Source of the DNA: Eledone cirrhosa
Lineage: Eukaryota
Assembly (NCBI GenBank): GCA_964016885.1
Contig: OZ024749.1
Coordinates: 12,400,001-12,464,000, forward strand
DNA: 64,000 bases
Reading direction: 5' to 3'
The notes under the pieces are model-generated. The model was not told the origin of the DNA and searched no databases. It saw only the letters and a list, made by a program, of their open reading frames with translations. Below are positions 23,901 through 36,770 of this stretch, in pieces. The position numbers and the translations under genes were made by a program. Positions within the stretch are counted from its first letter, which is position 1, and every line of letters begins with the position of its first letter.

Positions 23901-26900
23901 GTATATCTATTATATACTGGATACAGTGAGAGATGACACAGTCATGTGGTATATCTATTATATACTGGATACAGTGAGAGATGACACAGTCATGTGGTAT
24001 ATCTATTATATACTGGATACAGTGAGAGATGACAGAGTGATGTGGTATATCTATTGTATACTGGATACAGTGAGAGATGACACAGTAATGTGGTATATCT
24101 ATTATATACTGGATACAGTGAGAGATGACACAGTAATGTGGTATATCTATTATATACTGGATACAGTGAGAGATGACAGAGCGATGTGGTATATCTATTA
24201 TATACTGGATACAGTGAGAGGTGACACAGTAATGTGGTATATCTATTATATACTGGATACAGTGAGAGGTGACACAGTAATGTGGTATATCTATTATATA
24301 CTGGATACAGTGAGAGATGACAGAGCGATGTGGTATATCTATTATATACTGGATACAGTGAGAGGTGACACAGTAATGTGGTATATCTATTATATACTGG
24401 ATACAGTGAGAGATGACAGTAATGTGGTATATCTATTATATACTGGATACAGTGAGAGATGACACAGTCATGTGGTATATCTATTATATACTGGATACAG
24501 TGAGAGATGACACAGTAATGTGGTGTATCTATTGTATACTGGATACAGTGAGAGATGACACAGTAATGTGGTGTATCTATTGTATACTGGATACAGTGAG
24601 AGATGACACAGTAATGTGGTATATCTATTATATACTGGATACAGTGAGAGATGACAGTGATGTGGTATATCTATTATATACTGGATACAGTGAGAGATGA
24701 CACAGTCATGTGGTATATCTATTATATACTGGATACAGTGAGAGATGACACAGTAATGTGGTATATCTATTATATACTGGATACAGTGAGAGATGACACA
24801 GTAATGTGGTATATCTATTATATACTGGATACAGTGAGAGATGACACAGTCATGTGGTATATCTATTATATACTGGATACAGTGAGAGATGACAGAGTGA
24901 TGTGGTATATCTATTATATACTGGATACAGTGAGAGATGACAGAGTGATGTGGTATATCTATTATATACTGGATACAGTGAGAGATGACAGTCATATGGT
25001 ATATCTATTATATACTGGATACAGTGAGAGATGACAGAGCGATGTGGTATATCTATTATATACTGGATACAGTGAGAGATGACAGTAATGTGGTATATCT
25101 ATTATATACTGGATACAGTGAGAGGTGACACAGTCATGTGGTATATCTATTATATACTGGATACAGTGAGAGATGACACAGTAATGTGGTATATCTATTG
25201 TATACTGGATACAGTGAGAGATGACACAGTCATGTGGTGTATCTATTATATACTGGATACAGTGAGAGATGACACAGTAATGTGGTATATCTATTATATA
25301 CTGGATACAGTGAGAGATGACACAGTAATGTGGTGTATCTATTGTATACTGGATACAGTGAGAGATGACAGTCATGTGGTATATCTATTATATACTGGAT
25401 ACAGTGAGAGATGACACAGTAATGTGGTGTATCTATTGTATACTGGATACAGTGAGAGATGACACAGTAATGTGGTATATCTATTATATACTGGATACAG
25501 TGAGAGATGACAGTGATGTGGTATATCTATTATATACTGGATACAGTGAGAGATGACAGAGTGATGTGGTATATCTATTGTATACTGGATACAGTGAGAG
25601 ATGACACAGTGATGTGGTATATCTATTGTATACTGGATACAGTGAGAGATGACACAGTCATGTGGTATATCTATTGTATACTGGATACAGTGAGAGATGA
25701 CACAGTAATGTGGTGTATCTATTGTATACTGGATACAGTGAGAGATGACACAGTAATGTGGTATATCTATTATATACTGGATACAGTGAGAGATGACAGT
25801 GATGTGGTATATCTATTACCTACTGGATACAGTGAGAGATGACAGAGTGATGTGGTATATCTATTGTAAACTGGATACAGTGAGAGATGACACAGTAATG
25901 TGGTATATCTATTATATACTGGATACAGTGAGAGATGACACAGTAATGTGGTATATCTATTGTATACTGGATACAGTGAGAGATGACAGTGATGTGATAT
26001 ATCTATTATATACTGGATACAGTGAGAGATGACAGTAATGTGGTATATCTATTATATACTGGATACAGTGAGAGATGACAGTAATGTGGTATATCTATTA
26101 TATACTGGATACAGTGAGAGATGACAGAGTGATGTGGTATATCTATTGTATACTGGATACAGTGAGAGATGACACAGTCATGTGGTATATCTATTATATA
26201 CTGGATACAGTGAGAGATGACACAGTCATGTGGTGTATCTATTATATACTGGATACAGTGAGAGATGACAGTGATGTGGTATATCTATTATATACTGGAT
26301 ACAGTGAGAGATGACAGTGATGTGGTATATCTATTGTATACTGGATACAGTGAGAGATGACACAGTAATGTGGTATATCTATTATATACTGGATACAGTG
26401 AGAGATGACAGTGATGTGGTATATCTATTATATACTGGATACAGTGAGAGATGACAGAGTGATGTGGTATATCTATTATATACTGGATACAGTGAGAGAT
26501 GACACAGTCATGTGGTATATCTATTATATACTGGATACAGTGAGAGATGACAGAGCGATGTGGTATATCTATTATATACTGGATACAGTGAGAGGTGACA
26601 CAGTGATGTGGTATATCTATTATATACTGGATACAGTGAGAGATGACACAGTCATGTGGTATATCTATTATATACTGGATACAGTGAGAGATGACAGAGC
26701 GATGTGGTATATCTATTATATACTGGATACAGTGAGAGATGACACAGTCATGTGGTATATCTATTATATACTGGATACAGTGAGAGATGACACAGTCATG
26801 TGGTATATCTATTATATACTGGATACAGTGAGAGATGACAGAGCGATGTGGTATATCTATTATATACTGGATACAGTGAGAGGTGACACAGTCATGTGGT

Positions 26901-26987
26901 ATATCTATTGTATACTGGATACAGTGAGAGATGACACAGTAATGTGGTATATCTATTGTATACTGGATACAGTGAGAGATGACACAG
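14917..26987. repeat. 12-kb satellite of 48/46-bp monomers (~250 units) with higher-order repeat
   Basis: Unit GTATATCTATT(A/G)TATACTGGATACAGTGAGAGATGAC(AC/AG/-)AGT(A/C/G)ATGTG. Confidence 0.98.
16112..16210 (+). mobile_element. ~100-bp retroposon 3' end inserted in the satellite
   Basis: Unique sequence ending AATAAAGAAA, flanked by a TATATCTA duplication at 16104-16111 and 16211-16218. Confidence 0.7.
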
Positions 26988-28553
26988 GGATATGTTGATT
27001 GGTGTCATGTCACAAAAAGAGTGTAGGTAAATTTTGATCAATGAATATTAATTTTCATTGTGCCAAAAGTAGAAACAATTATAATAAAGAAATGAGAAAA
27101 AGTTTAGTCATCCCAAAATATTAGTTTTGTTAAGATCTAAACATCTCACTGATTTTAATTTTCTTAAATTGACATTTTTTCTTTTTCAAGTGAACAACTG
27201 TAATATATGTGAATATGTGTGCTTGTATGTTTGATTATATATATGTATGCTTGCATGCATGCTTGTATGTATGTGTAAGTGCTTGTATGTGTGAGTATTT
27301 GTATTGAGTGCTTGTATGTGTGTATATATGTTTGCATGTTTATTTGTCTGTCTGCATGTACATGTGTGTGTGCTTGCATTTGTATGTGTGTGTGTGTTTG
27401 TGTGTGCTTGCATGTGTGTTTGTTTGCATGTACTTGATTACAGTTCCAAATCATGATTTCATTGAATCTGACAAGTTGTTGAGGTTGTTTAAGGCAGTTG
27501 GTCTGTTTATCATGGAGCTGTAACTCACCTTTTAGCCTGTTCTTCTTTAACAACCAGTCTTCTTCCTGTATATTTTATTACAAACCAGTTCAAAACCACC
27601 TCGTGGTCAATGTAACAAAACCACCCATTTTAAAGGTGGCATGACAAACCAAAGCACCCAATCCATATGGTAACATGGTTGGCCTGAGGAATGGAATCCA
27701 GACCAAAATACAGGCCAAGTGACTGTCTTGCTTATTGAAATCTGTATCAATATACAGGACATAGTCACCTGGCCTGATTTGTCTCAATGTAACAACCTGT
27801 CTAATCCATGCAAGCATAGAAAAACAGATGTTAAACATTGATGATGATGAACCACATCAAGTTACTATCTTAGTAATTAAGTAATGAATAATTTTAGTAA
27901 ACCCTTCAAAATATTTCATTAATCAGTTGAAATAGAGTATATTTTATTAGGAGTATAATAATGAAAGGATTAAAATGGAAGTATCTCTGAGACCAAGAGA
28001 CTCATTAGGCTGGAGCTTTTCCCAGTTTCACGTAACATTAAGCATCTGAGAATAAGAAATATAAATTAACTTTTCAACCATAAAACTTCCATATAATCCA
28101 CTCTAATGCTTAATGTATTTACTTCATTTCCTTGGCATTCACTGTAAGATTACGGGGGAGAGGATATATTGATATTACAGACTATATGTTATCTGGTTCA
28201 ATAAAATACTGAACTAGATAGCATAAATAGTCATCATCATCATCATTTTACTGCTGCCTTGTTGCCTCATTTTCACAACTTTAAAAACATAGGACTAGAT
28301 TAGCTGGCTAGATTTCATCCATTTACAGTTAAACTTCTCTAAATGTGACCCCAAATTCTATTCTGTGCACCTCACTTTTCATTACATTCTTACTTTCCTG
28401 ATCACTACAATTTGCAATGCTAATCATCATCTTCTCTCTCCTTGAATTATGTTCTCTCTGTCTTGTCTGTCTCTTCTTGTATTTTAATGGCTTTATTGCC
28501 TTGCTTCGAGTGAACAAAAAAAAAAAAGAAGAAAATTGGTTGTTACAGTCAGT

Positions 28554-29022
28554 CACCCTTGCAAGCAGGGAAAAGCGGATGTAAAATCATGATGATGATG
28601 ATGATGATAATATATATATATAATACATATACATATATATACAATTACACCTCTCAAAGGCGATGACACACGACCATGACCTCTGGCGTCACGCAGTAAT
28701 ACAGAGTACCCGACCTCCCATGGGTACAAGCTGAAGCATATAGACAATATGCCCCCCCCACCGCAAGGTAGTCGTGGAGGTGCCACGGCAAAAAAGCACC
28801 CAGCCCACACTGTAAAGTGGACGTGTAGGCGCCACGAAAAAGCACCCAGCACTCACTGTAAATGAGGTTGGTGTTAGGAAGGGCATCCAGCTGTAGAAAT
28901 CAAGCCAAATCAGTTCCTGTATGAGCAAGGCATGGTCAGCTGACCAGACACTGCCCACAACAGGACAACCCGTCTAACCCATGCTAGCGTGGAAGAATGG
29001 ACGTAAAACGGTGATGATGATG
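28554..29022 (+). mobile_element. RTE tail followed by a chimeric RTE C-terminus/SINE-body element
   Basis: RTE tail at 28554-28608, DLWRHAVIQ-coding segment at 28640-28750, SINE2-like body (GGTGTTAGGAAGGGCATCCAGCTGTAGAAA), then a CCGTCTAACCCATGCTAGC..(TGA)n tail. Confidence 0.75.
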
Positions 29023-29119
29023 ATATATAATACATATATATATAATACATATATATATATATACATATACATATATATATAATACATATATATATAATAC
29101 ATATATTATATATATTAAT

Positions 29120-29312
29120 AGGGCGGTGAATTGGTAGTATCGGTAGAGGGTCGGACGCCATGCTTTGCAGCAAAGAGTTACGGCCCTTTATGGTCTGAGT
29201 TCAAATTCCGCCAGGGTTAACTTTGCCTTTCATCCTTACGGGGTCAATAAAATAAAGTACCAGTAATGCACTGAGATAATTGCTGGCCTTGTGCCAAAAG
29301 TAGAAATAATTA
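29120..29312 (+). mobile_element. SINE family 1
   Basis: Full-length match, flanked by ATTATATATATTAAT on both sides (probable TSD). Confidence 0.9.
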
Positions 29313-29949
29313 TATATATTAATCTTAAAACAGAATTGTTTTCTTCTTGCAGACATCGCCAAAATTCCACTTTCAGAAGTATTTTTAATTTATGATATTC
29401 ATTACACTTGACTATATCTTATACACCTTCAAAATGATCCTATTTTCCTTAAAAATTTAAATGTTAATTTTTTTAAATGATCTTCCTTCTTAATTTTTTA
29501 ATATTTCTACTATTTTTACCTTTTGACATTAATTTTTTAATTTTTTTAAAATATATATTTTTTAAAATATTTTTTTACTTCTGACATTATTCGTTTAGAT
29601 GTAGATTGTTAATCTTTAATTGACATGCTGAAAATTTATCCTCTTTACGATAGTTCTTCGAAATGCCCATTACGTTTTTCCTCTCCTTTTGATCTTCAAA
29701 CTTTCACACATCTTTCAACTAAAATAATTAATCTCACACAAAATAATATATAATTTTCTCTATATATTTTCTGAGTAAATCATTCATCAAATTTAACTGT
29801 TAACAAACAAGATTGGAGTTATCTTTCCCTTTTCAATTGTGCAAACATAAACATCATATTATAATGTAATATGTACGATAAACTATATAATTTCGCTAAA
29901 TTAACAATATTCTGAAAACATTTTCAATATTGGAACAAAATATTTGAAT

Positions 29950-30460
29950 CTACAGATTGAACTTGAACCACCTGTTTTTTATGTAAAATACAAAATCAAC
30001 ATCCTTCGTAACTCATATTAGAAATGTAAACAATTAATAATTGTAAATTATTTCTATTTCTATAATACTTATACATGCACAATTATTAATCTATATAGAT
30101 ATTTATATACTTATAATCTATTGTAATGTAATAAGATAAAATATACTTACAACCATAATTCTTCATATAATCTAATTGATTATATATATAATATTATAAC
30201 TCATAATATAGCTAAATAAATTTAAATTCTGGAATCATATTCCACCATTCCCCCAAATTGTTAATTCCTTTTAAATTAAGGTAAATACAAGCTCTTCTTC
30301 CTACTCATACATACATATATCCTAATTATTTAAATTCTGCATAGTGTCTAAAATAACGTTTTTTCAGCCCTATACCTCAACCTCATTTGCATACTCATCT
30401 TAATAATTTGAAATATCTGACTTTTCTTCTCTTATCCCTTCACTATCCAAGGAAAACTTG
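29950..30460 (-). pseudogene. Possible very decayed L1/Tx1-like ORF2 remnant
   Basis: Minus strand reads YMYV*VGRRACI..LGNGGI*FQNLNLF, resembling the FIWxGK..GGLGxPNL thumb motif. Confidence 0.3.
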
Positions 30461-30513
30461 AACTGTTAAGGTATCTTTTCTTGGTTATGTCAAAATTTAT
30501 AAAACAAACTTTG

Positions 30514-30574
30514 TATTTTATCTGATGAAAGCGTACCAAAGTTTTGGTACCCTTGAAATATATATAATAGAATA
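30514..30574 (+). ncRNA. Minimal type I hammerhead ribozyme motif
   Basis: TATTTTAT-CTGATGA-[AAGCGTACCAAA GT TTTGGTACCCTT]-GAAA-TATATA-TA-ATAGAATA, with an 8-bp stem I. Confidence 0.8.
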
Positions 30575-30725
30575 AATATGGTTTTATAAATATAGTTTCC
30601 ACTTATTTAATATCATTGAATATTATACTCCAGAAAACCCGTCGAGTGCTCTGAATCAGTTATAAACATTTATATTTGTTGAATTACCAACAAATTGAAT
30701 ATCCCTTTTGCTTATATAATACATA

Positions 30726-31182
30726 CATCATCATCATCATCGTTTAACGTCCATCTTGCATGGGTTTGGACGGGAATTTTCCCACTTGAGGCAAGATTGG
30801 TCGTCTTGCTTGTATAGGACTGTCTGGCGGGTTTTCTACGGCTGGATACCCTTCCTAACACTAACCACGTTTACAGTGTGGACTGGGAGGTTTTTACCGT
30901 GTTACCTACACGGACATATTACAGCGTGGACTGTGTGTTTTTTTTGTCATGACACCTTCACGACCTCATTTATTTCGGACTGGATGTTGTGGTACCAACA
31001 TAACTTTACATCGTAAGGGGTGGTGTGGATGGGGTGGGGGTGTATTTTTGTTAAGAGGTGCCTACTGACTGTATATATATATATATATATATATATACTT
31101 ATACATATATCATCATCATCACCGTTTTACGTCTGTTCTTCCACGCTAGCATGGGTTAGATTGGTTGTCCTGTTGTGGGCAG
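30726..31182 (-). mobile_element. Degenerate SINE2/RTE-tail fragments
   Basis: (CAT)n tails, CTGGATACCCTTCCTAACAC and GCTAGCATGGGTTAGA. Confidence 0.65.
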
Positions 31183-31414
31183 TATATATGTATATGCATA
31201 TATATATATGCATATTTTTAAAGTGAGGAAAGACTGTGCACTGAGCCAATCCCACTCTCTGAGCGACAGTAGCTATAACCCGAAAAGATGAAGAAATCAA
31301 CATCATTGGTAACTACTAGCCCGCAGGTTTTATGTCGGAGTTAACCCAGTTTCCTGAGATGCCTTCTCCTATAAGAATGTCCTTCACTCTCAGTGGTTTA
31401 ACTGCGCGATCGAG

Positions 31415-32165
31415 TAACAAGATGGAAGAAATTCAGGGAGCTACTGCCACTGCTAGCTGCAAAAGGTTTTTCCCTCAAAATGAAAGGCAGACTGTATGAT
31501 GCGTGCATATGAACAGCAATGTTACATGGTAGTGAGACCTGGACACTATGTGTAGAAGACTTGTGTAGATTAGAAAGAAATGAAGCTTGCATGCTTTGAT
31601 GGATGTGTAATAGTAATATACGTGAACTGAGAGAGAGACTCAACATAAGAGGAATCAAATGCTGTGTGCAGGAGAGAAGGATGTGTTAGTATGGACATGT
31701 GATGCGTATGAAGGATGACAGCTACATAAAAAGGTGCAGAGCACTAAAACTTGATGGAAGCCGTGGAGTGGGGAGACCCAAGAAGACCCGGAATGAGGTG
31801 ATAAAAGCGGACCTTGCCCAATTGCACCTCTCAACGGCGATGACACAGGACCGTGATCTCTGGCGTCACGCAGTAATACAGAAGACCCGACTTCCCATGG
31901 GAACAAGCCGAACCATATAGGCAATATGCCCCCATCCCCTCGCACTGCAAATTGGTCATGGAGGTGTCACAACAAAAAAGCACCCAGCCCCCACTGTAAA
32001 GTGGATGTGTAGGCACCACGGAAAAAAAGTACCCAGTACTCACTGTAAATGAGGTTGGTGTTAGGAAGGGCATCCAGCTGTAGAAATCAAGCCAAAATCA
32101 GTTCCCATATGAGCAAGACAAGGTCAGCCGACCTAACATTGCCCATGCTAGCATGGAAGAATCGA
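31415..32165 (+). mobile_element. RTE 3' fragment joined to a SINE-like body (chimera)
   Basis: WKKFRELLPLL..DLWRHAVIQK, followed by the same extension as 28750-28990. Confidence 0.8.
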
Positions 32166-32785
32166 CATAGCAGGCTTAATGAGTTTACCAGTTTAGTTAC
32201 AGGTAGTCAGACCATGCAACAGGTTGCACTGGGTTATATGTTACTAGCATTGCTCAAGAGTGACCTGACATATTTTGGCATTGAAGATAATAGTAGTTGT
32301 TTTTTTTTAGTACTCCACTGCCTTCATTTGTTATCAGGTCTTATACTATTGATGTACTTTCTAGTTATTTAGATTTTAAATCAATTTAAATAATGTAATT
32401 TTACAAAGCTTCATAGTTGAACAAATTTAACACAACAACAACAGCCACAATACATTTGATGTCTTTTGTCCATCTACAGAATGTAATCTTTTCACAAAAT
32501 TAGTTTGAAGTTTTCTTCAGTTGATCTATAGTATTGGACTTTTCTGTATAGAATTGTGTAAAGTATATTGAATATTTGGAAGAAATCTGGAAATGTCATT
32601 TTGTGTTTTAATGGGAATGAATAAAGCAATTTTTTTAACAGCTTCCATTAAAAGATATTTTTTCTTTGTAAATCTTGAGACTATTTCCATATTATATTGT
32701 TACTTTCTAAATCTACAACTTTTTACAATATTCAAAAAAATATATTACAACACGTATATTTTTTATTTATATTCCAATCTGGAAG

Positions 32786-32804
32786 TTATTTATTTCAGGT
32801 AAGA
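32786..32804 (+). promoter_or_regulatory. Candidate recursive splice site or exon donor
   Basis: T-rich tract ..TTATTTATTTCAG|GTAAGA. Confidence 0.35.
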
Positions 32805-33179
32805 AATCAACCTAACATTGATAGGTTTTCCAATATTACAGCTAAATAGGTTGGAATAATCAGTGTCTTCTATTTTTAGTGATCTGAAATAATTCAACAG
32901 TTTCTAAAATTACTTTTGGTTTGTTGGAACTATATTCTCAGCAGGATTCCTAATTTTGTCTATTCAGTCACTAAAGGTCACATTGCTACACAGTCACATT
33001 GCTACACAAGCTTTTATATAGATTACAGGATTGTGTAAAATGCTAGCCAACTTCAGGATTTAATACTCAAGTTGATTCCAGTTGTCAAATACAAAATCTC
33101 TTCCTACAAGATTGTCCAATCTGATTGCTTTCCATAAATATTCTTCTTTTATTTTGAATATATATTATTGCTTTCTACA

Positions 33180-34120
33180 GGGACTAGAAAGAAAGGGTCT
33201 CAAAGTCAACCTGACAAAGACTAAGGTCCTTGTAACTAGATGAGAAAACAGAACCCAGATCTCCTCAGGGAAATCACCTTGCTCAGTATGTAGGAAAGGT
33301 GTAGGTAGGAACTCCATTCTTTGCCCCAAATGCAAACAATGGGTACACAAGAGATGTAGCGTGATCTCAGGAAGCTTAATTAAGAATGTAGGCTTCACAT
33401 GTAGCAGCTGTGCTGGGACAGCAAGCAGCAAACAGCCACAGGAAACAAGTACCACCAATCTCTGGGAGGGCTCTGTAGAAATAGTAGACAGCTTCTGCTA
33501 CCTAGGTGACCGAATTAGCAGCGGAGGTGGGTGTTCAGAAAGTACAATAACTAGGGTAAGAACGGGATGGAAGAAGTTCAGGGAGCTACTGCCACTGCTA
33601 GCTGCAAAAGGCTTTTCCCTCAAAATGAAAGGCAGACTGTATGATGTGTGTATACTAACAGCAATGTTACATGGTAGTGAAACCTGGGCGCTGAATGTGG
33701 AAGACTTGCGTAGATTAGAAAGAAACGAAGCCTGCATGCTCAGATGGATCTGTAATAGTAATATACGCGAACGGCAAAGCATAAATGAATTGAGAGAGAG
33801 ACTGAGCATAAGAGGAATCAAGCGATGTGTGCAGGAGAGGCGGTTGCGTTGGTATGGACATGTGATGTGTATGAAGGATGACAGCTGCATAAAAAGGTGC
33901 AGAGCACTAGAAGTCGATGGAAACTGCGAAGTGGGGAGATCCAAGAAGACCTGGGATGAGGTGATAAAAGCCAACCTTACCCAATTATACCTCTCAAAGG
34001 CAATGACACACGTTCGTGACCTCTGGCGTCACGCAGTAATACAGAGTACCCGACCTCCCATACTGAAGCTGAAGCATATAGACAATGTGCCCCCACACCC
34101 AAAACGGTGATGATGATGAT
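33180..34120 (+). pseudogene. RTE LINE 3' fragment (post-RT domains)
   Basis: GLKVNLTKTK, VDSFCYLGD, GWKKFRELLP, HGSETW and RRLRWYGHV, ending in a (TGA)n tail. Confidence 0.9.
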
Positions 34121-34703
34121 TCAACTATTTATTAATTATATCTCTAAAGAAAGACACTGCCTATGATTTTCAAATTATTTTGACTGTTCTCTGTTGCAAT
34201 GTTTTCACCAACTTTTCTACTACTAGAGTTTGTTGCCCCTGCATGGAGAAACTCCCTCAAACTATTTCTTCCAACCCATACAAGCAGAAGAAAAGCAGAC
34301 ACAGAATTTAAGATATAAAAATATAAATTATAGAAACTCACTGAAGAGAAATATGTATTTCTAGTAGACAGTTTATAAAATGGTGATCTAATTGTTGTAT
34401 CACTGAAACTGATGTGAGATGGCAAACTAATGAATAATGAACAGTAATTAATGGAATATCTATGAATATATTCATGTATTTTCTATATATGATGTCTCTA
34501 CATTATATTTCTATATTTCTATTTATCATCATTTTATATTCATATATATTATATTTTTATATTTCTATATTATATTTTGTCCATATGTATCTAGTTTAAA
34601 AAGGTACACTGTATCACTGTGTCATAATAAATAAACTAATGGGGTTAAGATGGACATCATCATCATCATCATCATCAGGCTATAAAACACTGCGTCAAAA
34701 ACT

Positions 34704-36168
34704 CCCGTCTAACCCATGCCATCAGATATTGCCTCAAAAAGCCCCGTCCAACCCATGCCATCAGATAGTGCCTCATAAAGCCTCGTCCAACCCATGCCAT
34801 CTAATATTGCCTCAAAAAGCCCTGTCCAACCCATGCCACCAAACATTGCCTCCCCCTCCCCTGTCTAACCCATGTCACCAAATATTACCCCGCCCCGTCT
34901 AACCCATGCCATCAAACATTGCCTCCCCCCCGTTTAACCCATGCCATCAAACATTGCCTCCCCCTTCCCCCGTCTAACCCATGCCACCAAACATTGCCTC
35001 CCCTCCCCCGTCTAACCCATGCCATCAAACATTGCCCCCCCCCCTCCCCGTCTAACCCATGCCATCAAACATTGCCTCCCCCTCCCCCCGTCTAACCCAT
35101 GCCACCAAGCATTGCCTCCCCCTCCCCGTCTAACCCATGCCATCAAACATTGCCTCCCCCTCCCTCCGTCTAACCTATGCCACCAAACATTGCCTCCTCC
35201 TCCCCCGTCTAACCCATGCCATCAAACATTGCCTCACCCTCCCCCCATCTAACCCATGCCACCAAACATTGCCTCCCACTCCCCCCGTCTAACCCATGCC
35301 ACCAAACATTGCCTCACCCTCCCCCGTCTAACCCATGCCACCAAACATTGCCTCCCCCTCCCCCGTCTAACCCATGCCACCAAACATTGCCCCCCCCCCC
35401 CCGTCTAACCCATGCCATCAAACATTGCCTCCCCCTCCCCCTGTCTAACCCATGCCATCAAACATTGCCTCCCCCTCCCCCTGTCTAACCCATGCCATCA
35501 AACATTGCCTCACCCTCCCCCCGTCTAACCCATGCCACCAAACATTGCCTCCCCCCCCCCCTGTCTAACCCATGCCATCAAACATTGCCTCCCCCTCCCC
35601 CGTCTAACCCATGCCACCAAACATTGCCTCCCCCTCCCCCCGTCTAACCCATGCCATCAAACATTGCCTCCCCCTCCGCTTGTCTAACCCATGCCATCAA
35701 ACATTGCCTCACCCTCCCCCGTCTAACCCATGCCATCAAACATTGCCTCACCCTCCCCCGTCTAACCCATGCCATCAAACATTGCCTCACCCTCCCCCCG
35801 TCTAACCCATGCCATCAAACATTGCATCACCCTCCCCCCGTCTAACCCCTTCCATCAAACATTGCCTCACCCTCCCCCCGTCTAACCCATGCCATCAAAC
35901 ATTGCCTCACCCTCCCCCCGTCTAACCCATGCCATCAAACATTGCCTCACCCTCCCCCCGTCTAACCCATGCCATCAAACATTGCCTTCCCCTCCCCCGT
36001 CTAACCCATGCCATCAAACATTGCCTCCCCCTCCCCCCGTCTAACCCATGCCATCAAACATTGCCTCACCCTCCCCCCGTCTAACCCATGCCATCAAACA
36101 TTGCCTCCCCCTCCCCCCGTCTAACCCATGCCACCAAACATTGCCTCCCCCCGTCTAACCCATGCCTC
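34704..36168. repeat. ~39-40-bp C-rich minisatellite (~36 units)
   Basis: Unit CCGTCTAACCCATGCCA(T/C)CAAACATTGCCTC(C/A)CCCTCCCC. Confidence 0.95.
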
Positions 36169-36232
36169 ACCCCCGCCCCAAATTACTGGCCTTGTGCCTA
36201 TACTATAAACCATTATTATTCATCAACAAATC

Positions 36233-36412
36233 CAGTGCGTTGGATTGACAGTATCAGTAGAGGCTTGCAGCTTAGAGTTACGGCCCTTTACAGTTTGAAT
36301 TCAAATCCCGCCTAGGTTAACTTTGCCTTTCATCCTTACGAGGTCGATAAAATAAAGCACCAGTAATACACTGGGTAATTGCTGACCTTGTGCCAAAAGT
36401 AGAAAGAATTAT
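36233..36412 (+). mobile_element. SINE family 1
   Basis: Matches 1829-2015. Confidence 0.85.
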
Positions 36413-36419
36413 TATTCAT

Positions 36420-36770
36420 CCACATTTAACATCTCCACACTTGCCTGGTTTAGACGGGTTGTCATGTTATGAAACTAGTCAGGTCAGGTGACTATTTTGT
36501 TTCCTACAGAACTGTTTCTGGCTTGGTTTCTATGGTTGGATGCCCTTCCTAACGCCAACCACATTTACAATGGTTACTGGGTGCTTTTTTATTGTGGCAC
36601 GAAAATGACCATTTGGTATGGTATCAGCACAACCACTATTACAGGGTGGACTGGGTATTTTTGTCGTGTCACCAACACAACCACCTTACAGGGTGGACTG
36701 GGTGCTTTTTGTCATGTCACCAGCATGACCACCTTACAGAGTGGATTGGGTGCTTTTTGTTGTTGGATGT
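36420..36770 (-). mobile_element. Degenerate SINE2-like element with internal ~40-bp repeats
   Basis: TGGATGCCCTTCCTAACGCCAACC and repeated GGTGGACTGGGTGCTTTTT. Confidence 0.65.

Noticed and set aside
14917-26987. CRISPR-like regularity in this array and in the 28-bp array at 61708-63054
   Set aside because: The units are contiguous with no unique spacers, there are no cas genes, and the context is eukaryotic.
14826-26998. Dozens of ORFs of the MWYIYYILDTVRDDTV type
   Set aside because: They are translations of the 48-bp satellite, broken at every 46-bp monomer, with no unique coding sequence.
29335-29385. Possible 26-nt exon (TTGCAG|ACATCG..CAGAA|GTATTT)
   Set aside because: The donor is weak and the site directly follows a SINE in probable repeat-derived sequence.
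34639-36315. Pro-rich ORFs and telomere-like CTAACCC motif
   Set aside because: The frames shift with C-run length. CTAACCC occurs once per 40-bp unit and comes from a retroposon tail, not a telomeric tract.
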